A stretch of DNA of 63,126 nucleotides, counting the filler, from Octopus bimaculoides (Eukaryota): the NCBI RefSeq assembly GCF_001194135.2. It is 12 parts of 12 records of this genome, joined end to end, with 100 filler letters (N's around TTAATTAATTAA, not from the genome) between each part and the next. Parts side by side here need not be neighbours in the genome. Positions count along the whole stretch, not along the records: positions 49,025 to 53,468 come from NC_068984.1; positions 53,569 to 59,766 come from NC_069010.1; positions 59,867 to 62,019 come from NC_068995.1; 9 more parts are not named here. The stretch is one strand, 5' to 3'. Of the stretch, positions 49,346 through 61,509 are shown piece after piece (the stretch's first letter is position 1; every line of letters begins with the position of its first letter). The notes beneath the pieces are model-generated. The model searched no databases and was not told where the DNA came from. It was given only the letters and a program-made list of their open reading frames with translations. The translations under genes were made by a program, and so were the position numbers.

Positions 49346-49912
49346 ATAGAAGTAAAGAAGAGAGGATTGAATAGGCTGAGTAGGTGAGTAAATTCGAGAG
49401 ACTGCGAAAGAAGAGTACAAATTTGAGGGGAGAGGAACGCAGTGAGTTGGCACAGATAGACGTACGGTGTCTTATGACTACATTGGGAAATTATGGATAT
49501 TCTCTAGTCACTTTCGATCCCGGGTGTGTATTAAACCAGCGGATGGGTCGTTAGAAATTCATAACCGACATCACTATCGCTCAGGAATTATAATTTGAAA
49601 CTGATAACTAAATACGTGGCTAGAAATATTTTCAATTTGTCCCACAATTTTTATGACTAAATAACCTTCATCCGCAGGCAAGAAGACATCCAAACTGCAA
49701 AAACAATCATAACTTATCGCATATATTTCTATTATGTTACAACCAGGTGACATGTATCTCAGATAACCTCGCAGGCACAGCACTGTGTTACATATTTTTT
49801 TTAATAGGAGTGAAGGAAGGATAGGGGTTTGAAGTAGGCGCCATACATGCATGCGTATGTGTGCACGAGAGAGAGAGAGAGAGAGTGTGTGTTTGAGAGC
49901 GAGCGAGAGAGT

Positions 49913-49955
<43 letters not shown>

Positions 49956-50118
49956 TGTGTGTGTGTGTGTTTATGAGTGTGTGTTTGTTTATTTGCATGT
50001 AGGTTATGGTGATGGGTTGAGTAAGAGTCTGGATATCATGACTTACTTAACTTGCGTACGGAAGACTTGAGCTGCAAAGACTTGAGTTGCGAATAAGACT
50101 CAGATGTTTCACCGATAT

Positions 50119-50335
50119 CACCACCACCACCACCACCACCACCACAACAACAACAACAACAACAACTACTACTACTACTACTACTACTACTGCTGCTACC
50201 ATATTTATCATTCACACTAGTAATGCCGCCACTGCCACCACCAGCATCAGCATCGTTACAATCGCCAACATCAACATCACCTCCACCGCCGACACCACCC
50301 CTATCACCATCGCCAACAGCAACATCAAACCGCAA
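50119..50335. repeat. Compound triplet microsatellite ACC>AAC>ACT>GCT
   Basis: Direct reading. Confidence 0.9.
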
Positions 50336-50364
50336 ATGAGAAGAAGGTTCACATGCTAATATCC

Positions 50365-51200
50365 ATTAAAAATTCACCAGCACAAAGCATACATCGGTCG
50401 TCTGTATATACAGTGACGTAGGGTGGTAAGGGGATGGTATGACTTGACTGGTTATTCAAAAGTACCACAGTAAGATAATTTAGACTCCTTAAAACCGCAG
50501 AAGATGAAAGACTGTTGTAATTGGTTCAACACCACAAAACTAACAAAGCACAAACACCATTCAGTTTTCAAGAAATGTAGAAAATTCGCTACAGAAATCA
50601 ATGTAATTTTGCTGGAAGTTATCAATTGAAAGAACCAGCTGTCAAACTTTCTAAAACATGAAGCAAAGGATAAAAAGGCAAGGTCGAAACCAATATCGAT
50701 GAAAACAAAAGCAAACGAATGGGAAATTTGTAGTTCGAAGCAAAGATTTTGACGGAGAGCAGAAAACAGCTCATCGGTGGCTGAGGAATTCAGGACTAGA
50801 AGAAGATGCAAAATAACTTATATTAGCAACACAAGACAGCGCTTCTTGGTCGGAAATTATGAAACCCTTGTATAAAAGAATCGTGTTGCTTCAAAATACA
50901 GGTCCCATGTCAAATTTGAGGGAAAATTTGACTGTCTACTGTCGGACAGTCCGGTATTGACGTTTATTGAGTATAAGAATCGCCATGATGGAGTAGACCA
51001 ATACTTACATTGGTCGATATACAACCATTACGAAATACGAAGTCGCAAACCATTAGAAGCAGTGTTCATAGTCTGTCATCGAAGGAGATAAGGTAACGGT
51101 ACTTTGGGATCTTCCAGATAACATAGGTCGGATAATTCGAATGAAAAAACCATATAACATCAAGGAAACAACAGAGATAAGAGCTACAAATTAGTTGAGT
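50365..51200 (+). mobile_element. R4/Dong-like copy 3, heavily decayed
   Basis: Remnants of RLYI..GG.G, the zinc-knuckle region, RHDGVDQYLHW and LWD. Confidence 0.7.
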
Positions 51201-51984
51201 ATAAAACTATTTTGATAAAAGAATTTTTTAAATAAATTAAATACGTAGAGAGAGGGAGAGTGGGTAGAGAGAGAGAGATTGAAAAGATGTGACGCTCTAA
51301 AACGAAAACAAAGTCAGCCATCATAGCGGCCGCCGTNNNNNNNNNNNNNNNNNNNNNNNNNNNNNNNNNNNNNNNNNNNNNNNNNNNNNNNNNNNNNNNN
51401 NNNNNNNNNNNNNNNNNNNNNNNNNNNNNNNNNNNNNNNNNNNNNNNNNNNNNNNNNNNNNNNNNNNNNNNNNNNNNNNNNNNNNNNNNNNNNNNNNNNN
51501 NNNNNNNNNNNNNNNNNNNNNNNNNNNNNNNNNNNNNNNNNNNNNNNNNNNNNNNNNNNNNNNNNNNNNNNNNNNNNNNNNNNNNNNNNNNNNNNNNNNN
51601 NNNNNNNNNNNNNNNNNNNNNNNNNNNNNNNNNNNNNNNNNNNNNNNNNNNNNNNNNNNNNNNNNNNNNNNNNNNNNNNNNNNNNNNNNNNNNNNNNNNN
51701 NNNNNNNNNNNNNNNNNNNNNNNNNNNNNNNNNNNNNNNNNNNNNNNNNNNNNNNNNNNNNNNNNNNNNNNNNNNNNNNNNNNNNNNNNNNNNNNNNNNN
51801 NNNNNNNNNNNNNNNNNNNNNNNNNNNNNNNNNNNNNNNNNNNNNNNNNNNNNNNNNNNNNNNNNNNNNNNNNNNNNNNNNNNNNNNNNNNNNNNNNNNN
51901 NNNNNNNNNNNNNNNNNNNNNNNNNNNNNNNNNNNNNNNNNNNNNNNNNNNNNNNNNNNNNNNNNNNATATATATATATATATA

Positions 51985-52150
51985 TACGACGGGCTTCTTT
52001 CAGTTTCCGTCTACCAAATCTATCCACGAAGCTTTGGTCGGCCCGTGGCTATAATAGAAGACACTTGCCCAAGGTTCCACGACTGGGACTGACCCCAGAA
52101 CCATGTAGATGGTAAGCAAGCTACTTACCACAGGGTCACTCCTGCGCGTA
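51985..52150 (-). mobile_element. SINE family 1, 5' half
   Basis: Family match. Confidence 0.85.
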
Positions 52151-52214
52151 TATATACTGAGTTTTATTTTTTATTTCATTTTATTGTTTAGCCGTACTTT
52201 TGTGATATATTGTT

Positions 52215-52829
52215 GAATGTTCATCTGGGCGGGGCAGTTGCAAGCATTTGGTCATTTACTTTCTCTGGGTAAGAGAATGAGAATGTCAGATTCTTATAAG
52301 ATTTCCCCATAAAGTCTGACTGTTCTATTGAAGCAAGGAGACCAGATATGATTATAGAGAATAAAATAAACGAACAGCGTAAGGACATAAACTTTGCAAT
52401 CGCCTATGATAATGAAGTCGATATAGAAGAAATTTTTTTAATAAGTGAGAGAGAAAGCAGAAGTATAAAAGAGTGTGGCTTCGAAACAACAGACGAGTGA
52501 TATGAACACGGATCAGAGGCTGTGATAGAAAATAAGAATTACAATTAGAAGACTTCACCATACAGACTGGGCATACTATTGAGGAAAGAAGACCAGACAT
52601 GATTAGAGAGCGGAAGTAAACAAGCAGTGCAAGATCATAAGTTTTGCAATTCTCTATGGTAATAGAGTCGATACCGAATAAATTGAAAACAATGAGAAGT
52701 GCTAGGATCGACAAAGAGCTGAGGAGACTGGAAGACCAATGCAACAACTATTCTTGGAGTAATTGGTGCTCTTGACATAGCACCTAAAATACTGCCTAAA
52801 AGACTGAAAGAGATTGGAATTGAAACTCA
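52215..52829 (+). mobile_element. Two tandem R4/Dong-like RLE-domain fragments (copies 4a and 4b)
   Basis: EARRPDMII..NFAIAYD (about 52330) and EERRPDMI..SFAILYG..VIGALD (about 52580-52790). Confidence 0.7.
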
Positions 52830-52884
52830 CATTATTTACATTATTTACATTTGATGGGTATTTGTCCTCATCTTGTCTGTTGTT

Positions 52885-52930
52885 AACACAACGTTTCGGC
52901 TGATATAGCCTCCAGCCTTCATCAGGTGTC
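52885..52930 (-). ncRNA. Minimal type I hammerhead ribozyme motif inside a about 150-bp Penelope-like element (52829-52980)
   Basis: GACAC-CUGAUGA-A-GGCUG(GAGGCUAUAU)CAGCC-GAAA-CGUU-GUGUU: intact core, stems I and II pair, palindromic ACGU stem III, predicted GUU cleavage between 52890 and 52889. Confidence 0.8.
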
Positions 52931-52999
52931 TTGGGGAAATTTCGAACCTGGGTTCTCATTCCTAAGATATTTTTCGATGTTGTTATTATTATTATTATG

Positions 53000-53468
53000 T
53001 TTTTTTTCTTCTTCTTTCTTCAAATTTTTTCCCATTTCTCGCCGAGTGTTTTCCGTACACCTAGGGCAGAGAAACGTTGTATGCATTCCCAATTTACACA
53101 TGTATTTAAGAAAAAAAAAATCATGAGTGGATGTTATTTTCACAGCGATAATGCTCTTCTCAGTACATGAGTCGTTCCAGTTAGCACGATTTTTTGCACC
53201 TCCTGTAGAGATGGTAAGCCTGGTATCATTTTCAAATAGATTTCAGTACCTTTTTTTATCATTCCTAGAGATCCTACAATCACTGGTATGGTAGTCGCCT
53301 TGAGGTGCCACATTTTTTCAATTTCTATTAGCAAGTCTTTATATTTACTGATCTTGTCAAATTCTTTCGCCGCTATATTATGATCACAGGGAATACTCAT
53401 GTCAATTAATAAACACGTCTTCTTTGTCTGATCTTTTATGATAATATCCGGTTTATTAGCTTTTATAG
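53000..53468 (-). mobile_element. R4/Dong-like copy 5: well-preserved RLE C-terminus and 3' UTR ending in (TAA)5
   Basis: KPDIIIKD..CLLIDMSIPCD..KISKYKDL..IPVIVGSLG..QKIVLTGTTHVLRRALSL*. Confidence 0.9.
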
Positions 53469-53606
53469 NNNNNNNNNNNNNNNNNNNNNNNNNNNNNNNN
53501 NNNNNNNNNNNNTTAATTAATTAANNNNNNNNNNNNNNNNNNNNNNNNNNNNNNNNNNNNNNNNNNNNTATATATATGTGTGTGTGTGTGTATATGTTTG
53601 TTTGTC

Positions 53607-53653
<47 letters not shown>

Positions 53654-54414
53654 AGATACACATACACACACACAAAAGAATCCATACAGATATATTTACC
53701 TTAGTGTGATTTGAACTCTAGATAATACACACTGAGACACGATATTTTGTTCGACACTCTCTGTGAAGCAATTCTGTTGTTTCACTAACAAACACACACA
53801 TACATACATACATATATATACATACCTCCATACATGCATATATACATACATACATTCATTCACACAAACTTACATACATCTATACATTCACACATGCACG
53901 CGTACACATACCTACATGCATAGATTTATTGCGAGGGAAAATCGACTTTTGCAATATGGCCATAATGTTTCGTTATCTCTTCAGAATGTTGAATTTGTAT
54001 GAGGCGAAGATAAAATATGAACGGCATCTGACTGAAACGCTCAACGCAACAATGCAAATCAATAATGATGATGATGATGATGATGATGATGACAACGTTG
54101 ATGATGATGATGATGTTGATGATTATTAATGAATATATAACTAAGGTGTTTGTGGGTTTAGAAAATTTTAAGAGTGGTAGTGGTGGAAAAGGAATAAAGA
54201 ATGGATGTGAAGTGAGAAGAATGAAAGTTCAATGAACGATGGAATGAAAGAATTAATGAATATTTACACTCGTACACTTGTTCACAAATAGAGATATACG
54301 CCATTGCTAGCGGTGTGTTGGGTAAATAATTGGGTGGAAATTTTAGCAGATTTTTTTTCCTTATGAACCCATTTGGGAAGCTTTTCTGGTTGGCTGTTCA
54401 CCATCATGATGATG

Positions 54415-54524
54415 ATCATCAACATTTAACATCCATTTTCCATGCTGGCATGGGTTAGACAGTTTGACTGGAACTGGTAAGGGAGAGAACTGCACCACGT
54501 TCCCAGTTTAATTTGCCATGGTTC
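54415..54524 (-). mobile_element. SINE family 3, diverged 3' end
   Basis: CATCAACATTTAACATCCATTTTCCATGCTGGCATGGGTT. Confidence 0.65.
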
Positions 54525-55088
54525 CNNNNNNNNNNNNNNNNNNNNNNNNNNNNNNNNNNNNNNNNNNNNNNNNNNNNNNNNNNNNNNNNNNNNNNNNNNN
54601 NNNNNNNNNNNNNNNNNNNNNNNNNNNNNNNNNNNNNNNNNNNNNNNNNNNNNNNNNNNNNNNNNNNNNNNNNNNNNNNNNNNNNNNNNNNNNNNNNNNN
54701 NNNNNNNNNNNNNNNNNNNNNNNNNNNNNNNNNNNNNNNNNNNNNNNNNNNNNNNNNNNNNNNNNNNNNNNNNNNNNNNNNNNNNNNNNNNNNNNNNNNN
54801 NNNNNNNNNNNNNNNNNNNNNNNNNNNNNNNNNNNNNNNNNNNNNNNNNNNNNNNNNNNNNNNNNNNNNNNNNNNNNNNNNNNNNNNNNNNNNNNNNNNN
54901 NNNNNNNNNNNNNNNNNNNNNNNNNNNNNNNNNNNNNNNNNNNNNNNNNNNNNNNNNNNNNNNNNNNNNNNNNNNNNNNNNNNNNNNNNNNNNNNNNNNN
55001 NNNNNNNNNNNNNNNNNNNNNNNNNNNNNNNNNNNNNNNNNNNNNNNNNNNNNNNNNNNNNNNNNNNNNNNNNNNNNNNNNNNNNNNN

Positions 55089-55342
55089 CTTGTGCGGGTG
55101 GAACATAAAATACACCATCTTGAGTGTGGTCGTTGCCAGTACCTCCTGACTGGCCCTCGTGCGGGTGACACGTAAAAGCACCCACTACACTCTCGGAGTG
55201 GTTGGCGTTAGGAAGGGTATCCAGCTGTAGAAACTCTGCCAAATCAAATTGGAGCCTGGTGTTGCCATCTGGTTTCACCAGTCCTCAGTCAAATCGTCCA
55301 ACCCATGCTAGCTTGGAAAGCGGACGTTAAACGACGACGACG
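55089..55342 (+). mobile_element. SINE family 3
   Basis: Family match; (GAC/GAT)n tail. Confidence 0.85.
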
Positions 55343-55984
55343 ATATATATATACACACACACACACACAGACATACATACACTTATATACATATATGTAT
55401 GTGTGTGTATATATATAGCTATACTCACAAATGTACACATCTATACATATATAGAGATGCATACATATATAATCACCCACACAGACACATGCATATATGT
55501 ATGTATGTATTATACACACATACACACGCACACACACACATGCTTATACCCTCATATACAAATACATTTACACTCTGCCATGCAAATCTACATATTTCTC
55601 CATTCTTTGAGTTGCCTTTGAGAAAAAAAAAGAACAAATAAATGAATAAAGAGGTGAACGAGCAACGAGAAACAAATGACAAACCAGAAAGAAACCATTT
55701 AGAACAGAACACAAAGAAACAATGAACAATTGGAGTGGTTCATAATACCATTTGTAGTCTGTGAGATTGGACACATCTTTCTAGCTTCTCACAGACACGC
55801 CACGCTACACCTACTCCTCAATATATACCACCCAGCTCAGCTTATATCACACACACCACCCGCCTTACACAAATGGCTTCTTTCATGTTACAGTGTAACT
55901 GTTGCTGTCAGAAGCAGTCTTTTCTTGGTTGTCTATTTATTGTCATCTAGCTTCAATTTTTCTCTCTTTTGTCTTTGGTTTTTG

Positions 55985-56303
55985 TATCCAATCTTCTGTC
56001 ATCTCTCTTCAGTTTTCTCTCTTTTTCTCTTCTATTTTCAATCTTTTGTCTTCTGTCTTCTGTCATCAATCTTCTGTCTTTTGTCTTTTAACTCTAATCT
56101 TCTTTCTTCAATCTTCTACCTTCTCTCATCTGTCTACAGTTTTCTCTCTTTCTCTCTTCTATTTTCAATCTTTTGTCTTCTGTCAACTATCTTCTGTCTC
56201 CTGTCTTCAGTCTTCTGTCATCAATCTTTTGTCTTTTAACTCTAATCTTCTTTCTTCAACCTTCTACCTTCTCCCATCTGTCTACAGTTTTCTCTCTTTT
56301 TCT
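55985..56303. repeat. Pyrimidine-rich minisatellite (units of about 130-150 bp built from TCTTCTG-like 7-mers), running into a 1-kb gap
   Basis: CAGTTTTCTCTCTTT recurs at about 56010, 56137 and 56285. Confidence 0.8.
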
Positions 56304-57325
56304 NNNNNNNNNNNNNNNNNNNNNNNNNNNNNNNNNNNNNNNNNNNNNNNNNNNNNNNNNNNNNNNNNNNNNNNNNNNNNNNNNNNNNNNNNNNNNNNNN
56401 NNNNNNNNNNNNNNNNNNNNNNNNNNNNNNNNNNNNNNNNNNNNNNNNNNNNNNNNNNNNNNNNNNNNNNNNNNNNNNNNNNNNNNNNNNNNNNNNNNNN
56501 NNNNNNNNNNNNNNNNNNNNNNNNNNNNNNNNNNNNNNNNNNNNNNNNNNNNNNNNNNNNNNNNNNNNNNNNNNNNNNNNNNNNNNNNNNNNNNNNNNNN
56601 NNNNNNNNNNNNNNNNNNNNNNNNNNNNNNNNNNNNNNNNNNNNNNNNNNNNNNNNNNNNNNNNNNNNNNNNNNNNNNNNNNNNNNNNNNNNNNNNNNNN
56701 NNNNNNNNNNNNNNNNNNNNNNNNNNNNNNNNNNNNNNNNNNNNNNNNNNNNNNNNNNNNNNNNNNNNNNNNNNNNNNNNNNNNNNNNNNNNNNNNNNNN
56801 NNNNNNNNNNNNNNNNNNNNNNNNNNNNNNNNNNNNNNNNNNNNNNNNNNNNNNNNNNNNNNNNNNNNNNNNNNNNNNNNNNNNNNNNNNNNNNNNNNNN
56901 NNNNNNNNNNNNNNNNNNNNNNNNNNNNNNNNNNNNNNNNNNNNNNNNNNNNNNNNNNNNNNNNNNNNNNNNNNNNNNNNNNNNNNNNNNNNNNNNNNNN
57001 NNNNNNNNNNNNNNNNNNNNNNNNNNNNNNNNNNNNNNNNNNNNNNNNNNNNNNNNNNNNNNNNNNNNNNNNNNNNNNNNNNNNNNNNNNNNNNNNNNNN
57101 NNNNNNNNNNNNNNNNNNNNNNNNNNNNNNNNNNNNNNNNNNNNNNNNNNNNNNNNNNNNNNNNNNNNNNNNNNNNNNNNNNNNNNNNNNNNNNNNNNNN
57201 NNNNNNNNNNNNNNNNNNNNNNNNNNNNNNNNNNNNNNNNNNNNNNNNNNNNNNNNNNNNNNNNNNNNNNNNNNNNNNNNNNNNNNNNNNNNNNNNNNNN
57301 AAGCTACTTAGCACACAACCACTCC

Positions 57326-57372
<47 letters not shown>

Positions 57373-57694
57373 AGTTTTGTTTTAAAGACACTAACATCCA
57401 CACCATGCAGGTCTCTCACACCATCCTTTGTGGCTGTGATGTCACACACACACACATGTTCACACATGCACATACACACACTCACACACACGCATCCACA
57501 AACATACACACACATACACATATGCATACATGCGTGCACACACACATACACGTGCATACATACACATACTCACACATACACATACATACACATATGCACA
57601 CTTACACATACATACATACACATGTGTGCACACTTACACATACATACACACACAGAAATACATAGACACACGCTCACATACACACAAATACTGA

Positions 57695-57730
<36 letters not shown>

Positions 57731-58572
57731 NNNNNNNNNNNNNNNNNNNNNNNNNNNNNNNNNNNNNNNNNNNNNNNNNNNNNNNNNNNNNNNNNNNNNN
57801 NNNNNNNNNNNNNNNNNNNNNNNNNNNNNNNNNNNNNNNNNNNNNNNNNNNNNNNNNNNNNNNNNNNNNNNNNNNNNNNNNNNNNNNNNNNNNNNNNNNN
57901 NNNNNNNNNNNNNNNNNNNNNNNNNNNNNNNNNNNNNNNNNNNNNNNNNNNNNNNNNNNNNNNNNNNNNNNNNNNNNNNNNNNNNNNNNNNNNNNNNNNN
58001 NNNNNNNNNNNNNNNNNNNNNNNNNNNNNNNNNNNNNNNNNNNNNNNNNNNNNNNNNNNNNNNNNNNNNNNNNNNNNNNNNNNNNNNNNNNNNNNNNNNN
58101 NNNNNNNNNNNNNNNNNNNNNNNNNNNNNNNNNNNNNNNNNNNNNNNNNNNNNNNNNNNNNNNNNNNNNNNNNNNNNNNNNNNNNNNNNNNNNNNNNNNN
58201 NNNNNNNNNNNNNNNNNNNNNNNNNNNNNNNNNNNNNNNNNNNNNNNNNNNNNNNNNNNNNNNNNNNNNNNNNNNNNNNNNNNNNNNNNNNNNNNNNNNN
58301 NNNNNNNNNNNNNNNNNNNNNNNNNNNNNNNNNNNNNNNNNNNNNNNNNNNNNNNNNNNNNNNNNNNNNNNNNNNNNNNNNNNNNNNNNNNNNNNNNNNN
58401 NNNNNNNNNNNNNNNNNNNNNNNNNNNNNNNNNNNNNNNNNNNNNNNNNNNNNNNNNNNNNNNNNNNNNNNNNNNNNNNNNNNNNNNNNNNNNNNNNNNN
58501 NNNNNNNNNNNNNNNNNNNNNNNNNNNNNNNNNNNNNNNNNNNNNNNNNNNNNNNNNNNNNNNNNNNNNNNN

Positions 58573-58806
58573 CACCATTTCGAGCGTGGCCGTTGCCAGT
58601 ATCGCCTGACTGGCCTTCGTGCAGGTGACATGTAAAAGCACCTACTACACTCTCTGAGTGGTTGGCGTTAGGAAGGGCATCCAGCTGTAGAAACTCTGCC
58701 AAATTTAGATTGGAGCCTGGTGTTGCCATCCGGTTTCACCAGCCCTCAGTCAAATCGTCCAACCCATGCTAGCATGGAAAGCGGACGTTAAACGATGATG
58801 ATGATG

Positions 58807-58810
<4 letters not shown>
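58573..58810 (+). mobile_element. SINE family 3
   Basis: Family match; (GAT)n tail. Confidence 0.88.
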
Positions 58811-58837
<27 letters not shown>

Positions 58838-59326
58838 TGTATAAATGTATATAAATGTATACAAAACGCAGATATGGGAAAGTGCAAGAATCGAACACCT
58901 GATCTGACTGCCATTGTTGTCTTGCTCACACATTCCATTCACGCCGAGGTAAACGTTTCCATTTTGTACACACCTGTTGCTTTCTGTGGAGACTTAACAG
59001 GTATGAATGGATATTGGTTGATTAAATGTTAGGTTGAGGAACAATAGGTGTGTGTGTGTGTGTGGTAAGGTGGGGGTGTTTGTGTGTGTATGGGCAGGGA
59101 TGTGTGTGTGTGTGTGTGTGTACTGGTCTGTGTGTTTGTGTGTGTGAGCATGTATGTGTGTGGGCAGGGGGACCTGTGTATGCATGTGTTTGCATGTGTG
59201 TGTGTGGGTTTAAAAATGTATATCTATGTATGTGTCTATATGGGTGGGCTGAAAAATTCATCAGCTGCCAATGAAGGAGTGATTCCTGAGCTGTGAAATG
59301 TTGCATGCATTCGTTTCAACTCGCAC

Positions 59327-59766
59327 TATCACCCCCGCCTTAGCGAAGGCAGAGGTATTGTTTGCAGTCATTTTTGTTTGTTTGTCCATGGACAAGATAT
59401 CTCAAGAACCGCTGGATGGATTCAGATAAAACTTTTAGGGATGTTTGGCCTTGTGACTGGCACAAACTGATTAAATTTTGGGATTGATCTGGTACCAGAT
59501 TCTGGATTATTTTTCCTGTTTTTTTTTACTTAATTTTTGAGAGCTGTCGGAGTCATTTTTAGTATTCGCATTTGTGAGAGCAGTCGAGTTTATTTCAGAT
59601 ATTCTCATTTCAAAAAATCATCTCTGGCTAATCGTTGAGAGGATGTTGGTATTGTCTTGGCAGAGGTTTGTGCTCCCTGAGTGCTCTTGTTATTACCTCT
59701 GCCTTAGCAAAGGCGGAGGTATTGTTCTCAGTTGTGTTTGTTTGTTTGTCCATGGACAAGATATCT
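59327..59766 (+). mobile_element. Helentron/HINE-like non-autonomous element in tandem (unit 1 59327-59690; unit 2 from 59691, cut by the gap)
   Basis: 5' hairpin ACCTCTGCCTT..AAGGCGGAGGT, short (TTTG)n, 3' GGCAGAGGTTTGTGCTCCCTGAGTGCTCTTGT; the first 75 bp repeat at 59691. Confidence 0.6.
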
Positions 59767-59927
59767 NNNNNNNNNNNNNNNNNNNNNNNNNNNNNNNNNN
59801 NNNNNNNNNNTTAATTAATTAANNNNNNNNNNNNNNNNNNNNNNNNNNNNNNNNNNNNNNNNNNNNTATATATATGCAGGTATGTATGTATATAAAGCTT
59901 CACCGTGTCACACTTTGACATAATTTA

Positions 59928-61509
59928 CCTTCCGCCTACCAATGGGTCCAATGGACCCATTTCAGTTTTTTCTGTTGCTTTCACTTACAGTTTATATTAT
60001 TTCCTTCTGTTGATTTCTCGTGACTTATTTTTTCTTGACTTTCTTTTATATGTCAAATAGCAAATTTTCCGTACGTTTATAAAAGCTAGATATTTTCACT
60101 TCATACGTTAATTAATGTATCGGTCCATTGGACCTCCAAATTAAATTCATACAATACATTTGTCATTCTAAACAGAATAAAAGCAGTATCAAATATTATT
60201 TTCCTAGATATTCATTAGATGTAGAATATATAAAATTGTATTCAATTTATTTGTTAATTTTAGGTAAAATAGGAAAATTATGAAAATATTCCTGTAAATG
60301 TGTGTAGTATTGCATCACCTTCAATCTGCTGAGTTGTAGGGTGATGCAATATTTCTGTGATGACGCATTTCTTACAATATATTGCATCATCTTTTAGGCG
60401 AGTATAAATATGTGAGAGAGCATTATCTGACTAGTTTGCTATCAAGTTTCTTATAGTTCAGTTGTGCTTTCCAATATGCCGTGACGTGAAAACTTGAGTG
60501 AAGATCAAATATCGGAAAAGGTTATGGGAATTAGATGAAGGATAGTAAGAATATAGTCGTGATTCCTTCTATTGCTCTGAAGATGATGGTGAAAGTGATT
60601 GTGTGCTGGGCAGTTTAGGTTCTATGTCATCTGATGATGAATATACTCAAAAAGAATTATCTGCAAGCCACCCAATTATAAGTGAGCAATATATTTCTAG
60701 AGAGAGACAAGAAGTTTGGCATTCTAATGCTGTGATTCAAGCATTGTCTAAAAAAAAATATGTAGTCACAGATATGAATACAATGCACTCTCAGTCTTGA
60801 ATTGATTCTAAAAGTGCTGAAATGAAATCTGAAGTTATAATGTGTTACAACAACACAAAAGGAGGAGTAGATACACTAGTTAAGATGGTAAGTACATACA
60901 CAAAGGAATGACTCGAAGATGACCTATAGTTATATTCTACAGCATGATTGTAATATAAGTGCAGTGAATGCTTTCATTGTTGCTAAGAAGTTTCACTTGC
61001 AAAGTTTCAAGGATAAAAGAAGACAGTGCCTGATTCAGTTAAGAAAGGAACTTGCTGGAGTTAATGCTAAACAAGAACATGACAAACAATTTTCTAGTTC
61101 AGCTAACTTTTCTCAGCCAAACAAGAAAAGGAAAAGAAGACGATCTTCAACCTCATTTGTGATTCCTTAGCCAAAGAAAAAAGGAAGTTCTTTTTGTGAC
61201 CCCCCCCCAAAAAAAAACGCAGGAAAACTCATACTACATGTAAGATTTGTAATACACATATTTGCCAAGGACATTCCAATGTTGTCAGCACTCACTGCTA
61301 TGAAGAGGTGTAATTCTGTATTTTTTAAAAATTTATAATATATTCTGTAAGCTGTGTTTTTTTTTATTTGTTAGAAACAGTAATTCTTCATTAATCTGTG
61401 GCGTACATAATGTAGCTACTAAATAGTGATAGTTTGAATAAAATTTAATGAAAAGAAAATTAACGAGTCCATTGTATGACCCCATACATTTTCTCTGGTA
61501 GACCAAGAG
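59928..61509 (+). mobile_element. Internally deleted piggyBac element (transposase pseudogene about 60476-61313)
   Basis: Acidic N-terminus; C-terminal YNNTKGGVDTL..TRR*P..FY..NAFI; Cys-rich tail CKICNTHICQGH; degenerate termini (T)TTA-CC..CTACC / GGTAG..AGAG-CTAA. Confidence 0.82.

Noticed and set aside
55730-56303. Long hydrophobic F/S/L/C ORFs suggesting a membrane protein
   Set aside because: Product of the pyrimidine-rich minisatellite
303-59306. Long ORFs rich in YI, CV, TH, SL or X
   Set aside because: Translations of (TA)n, (CA)n, (CT)n microsatellites or N gaps
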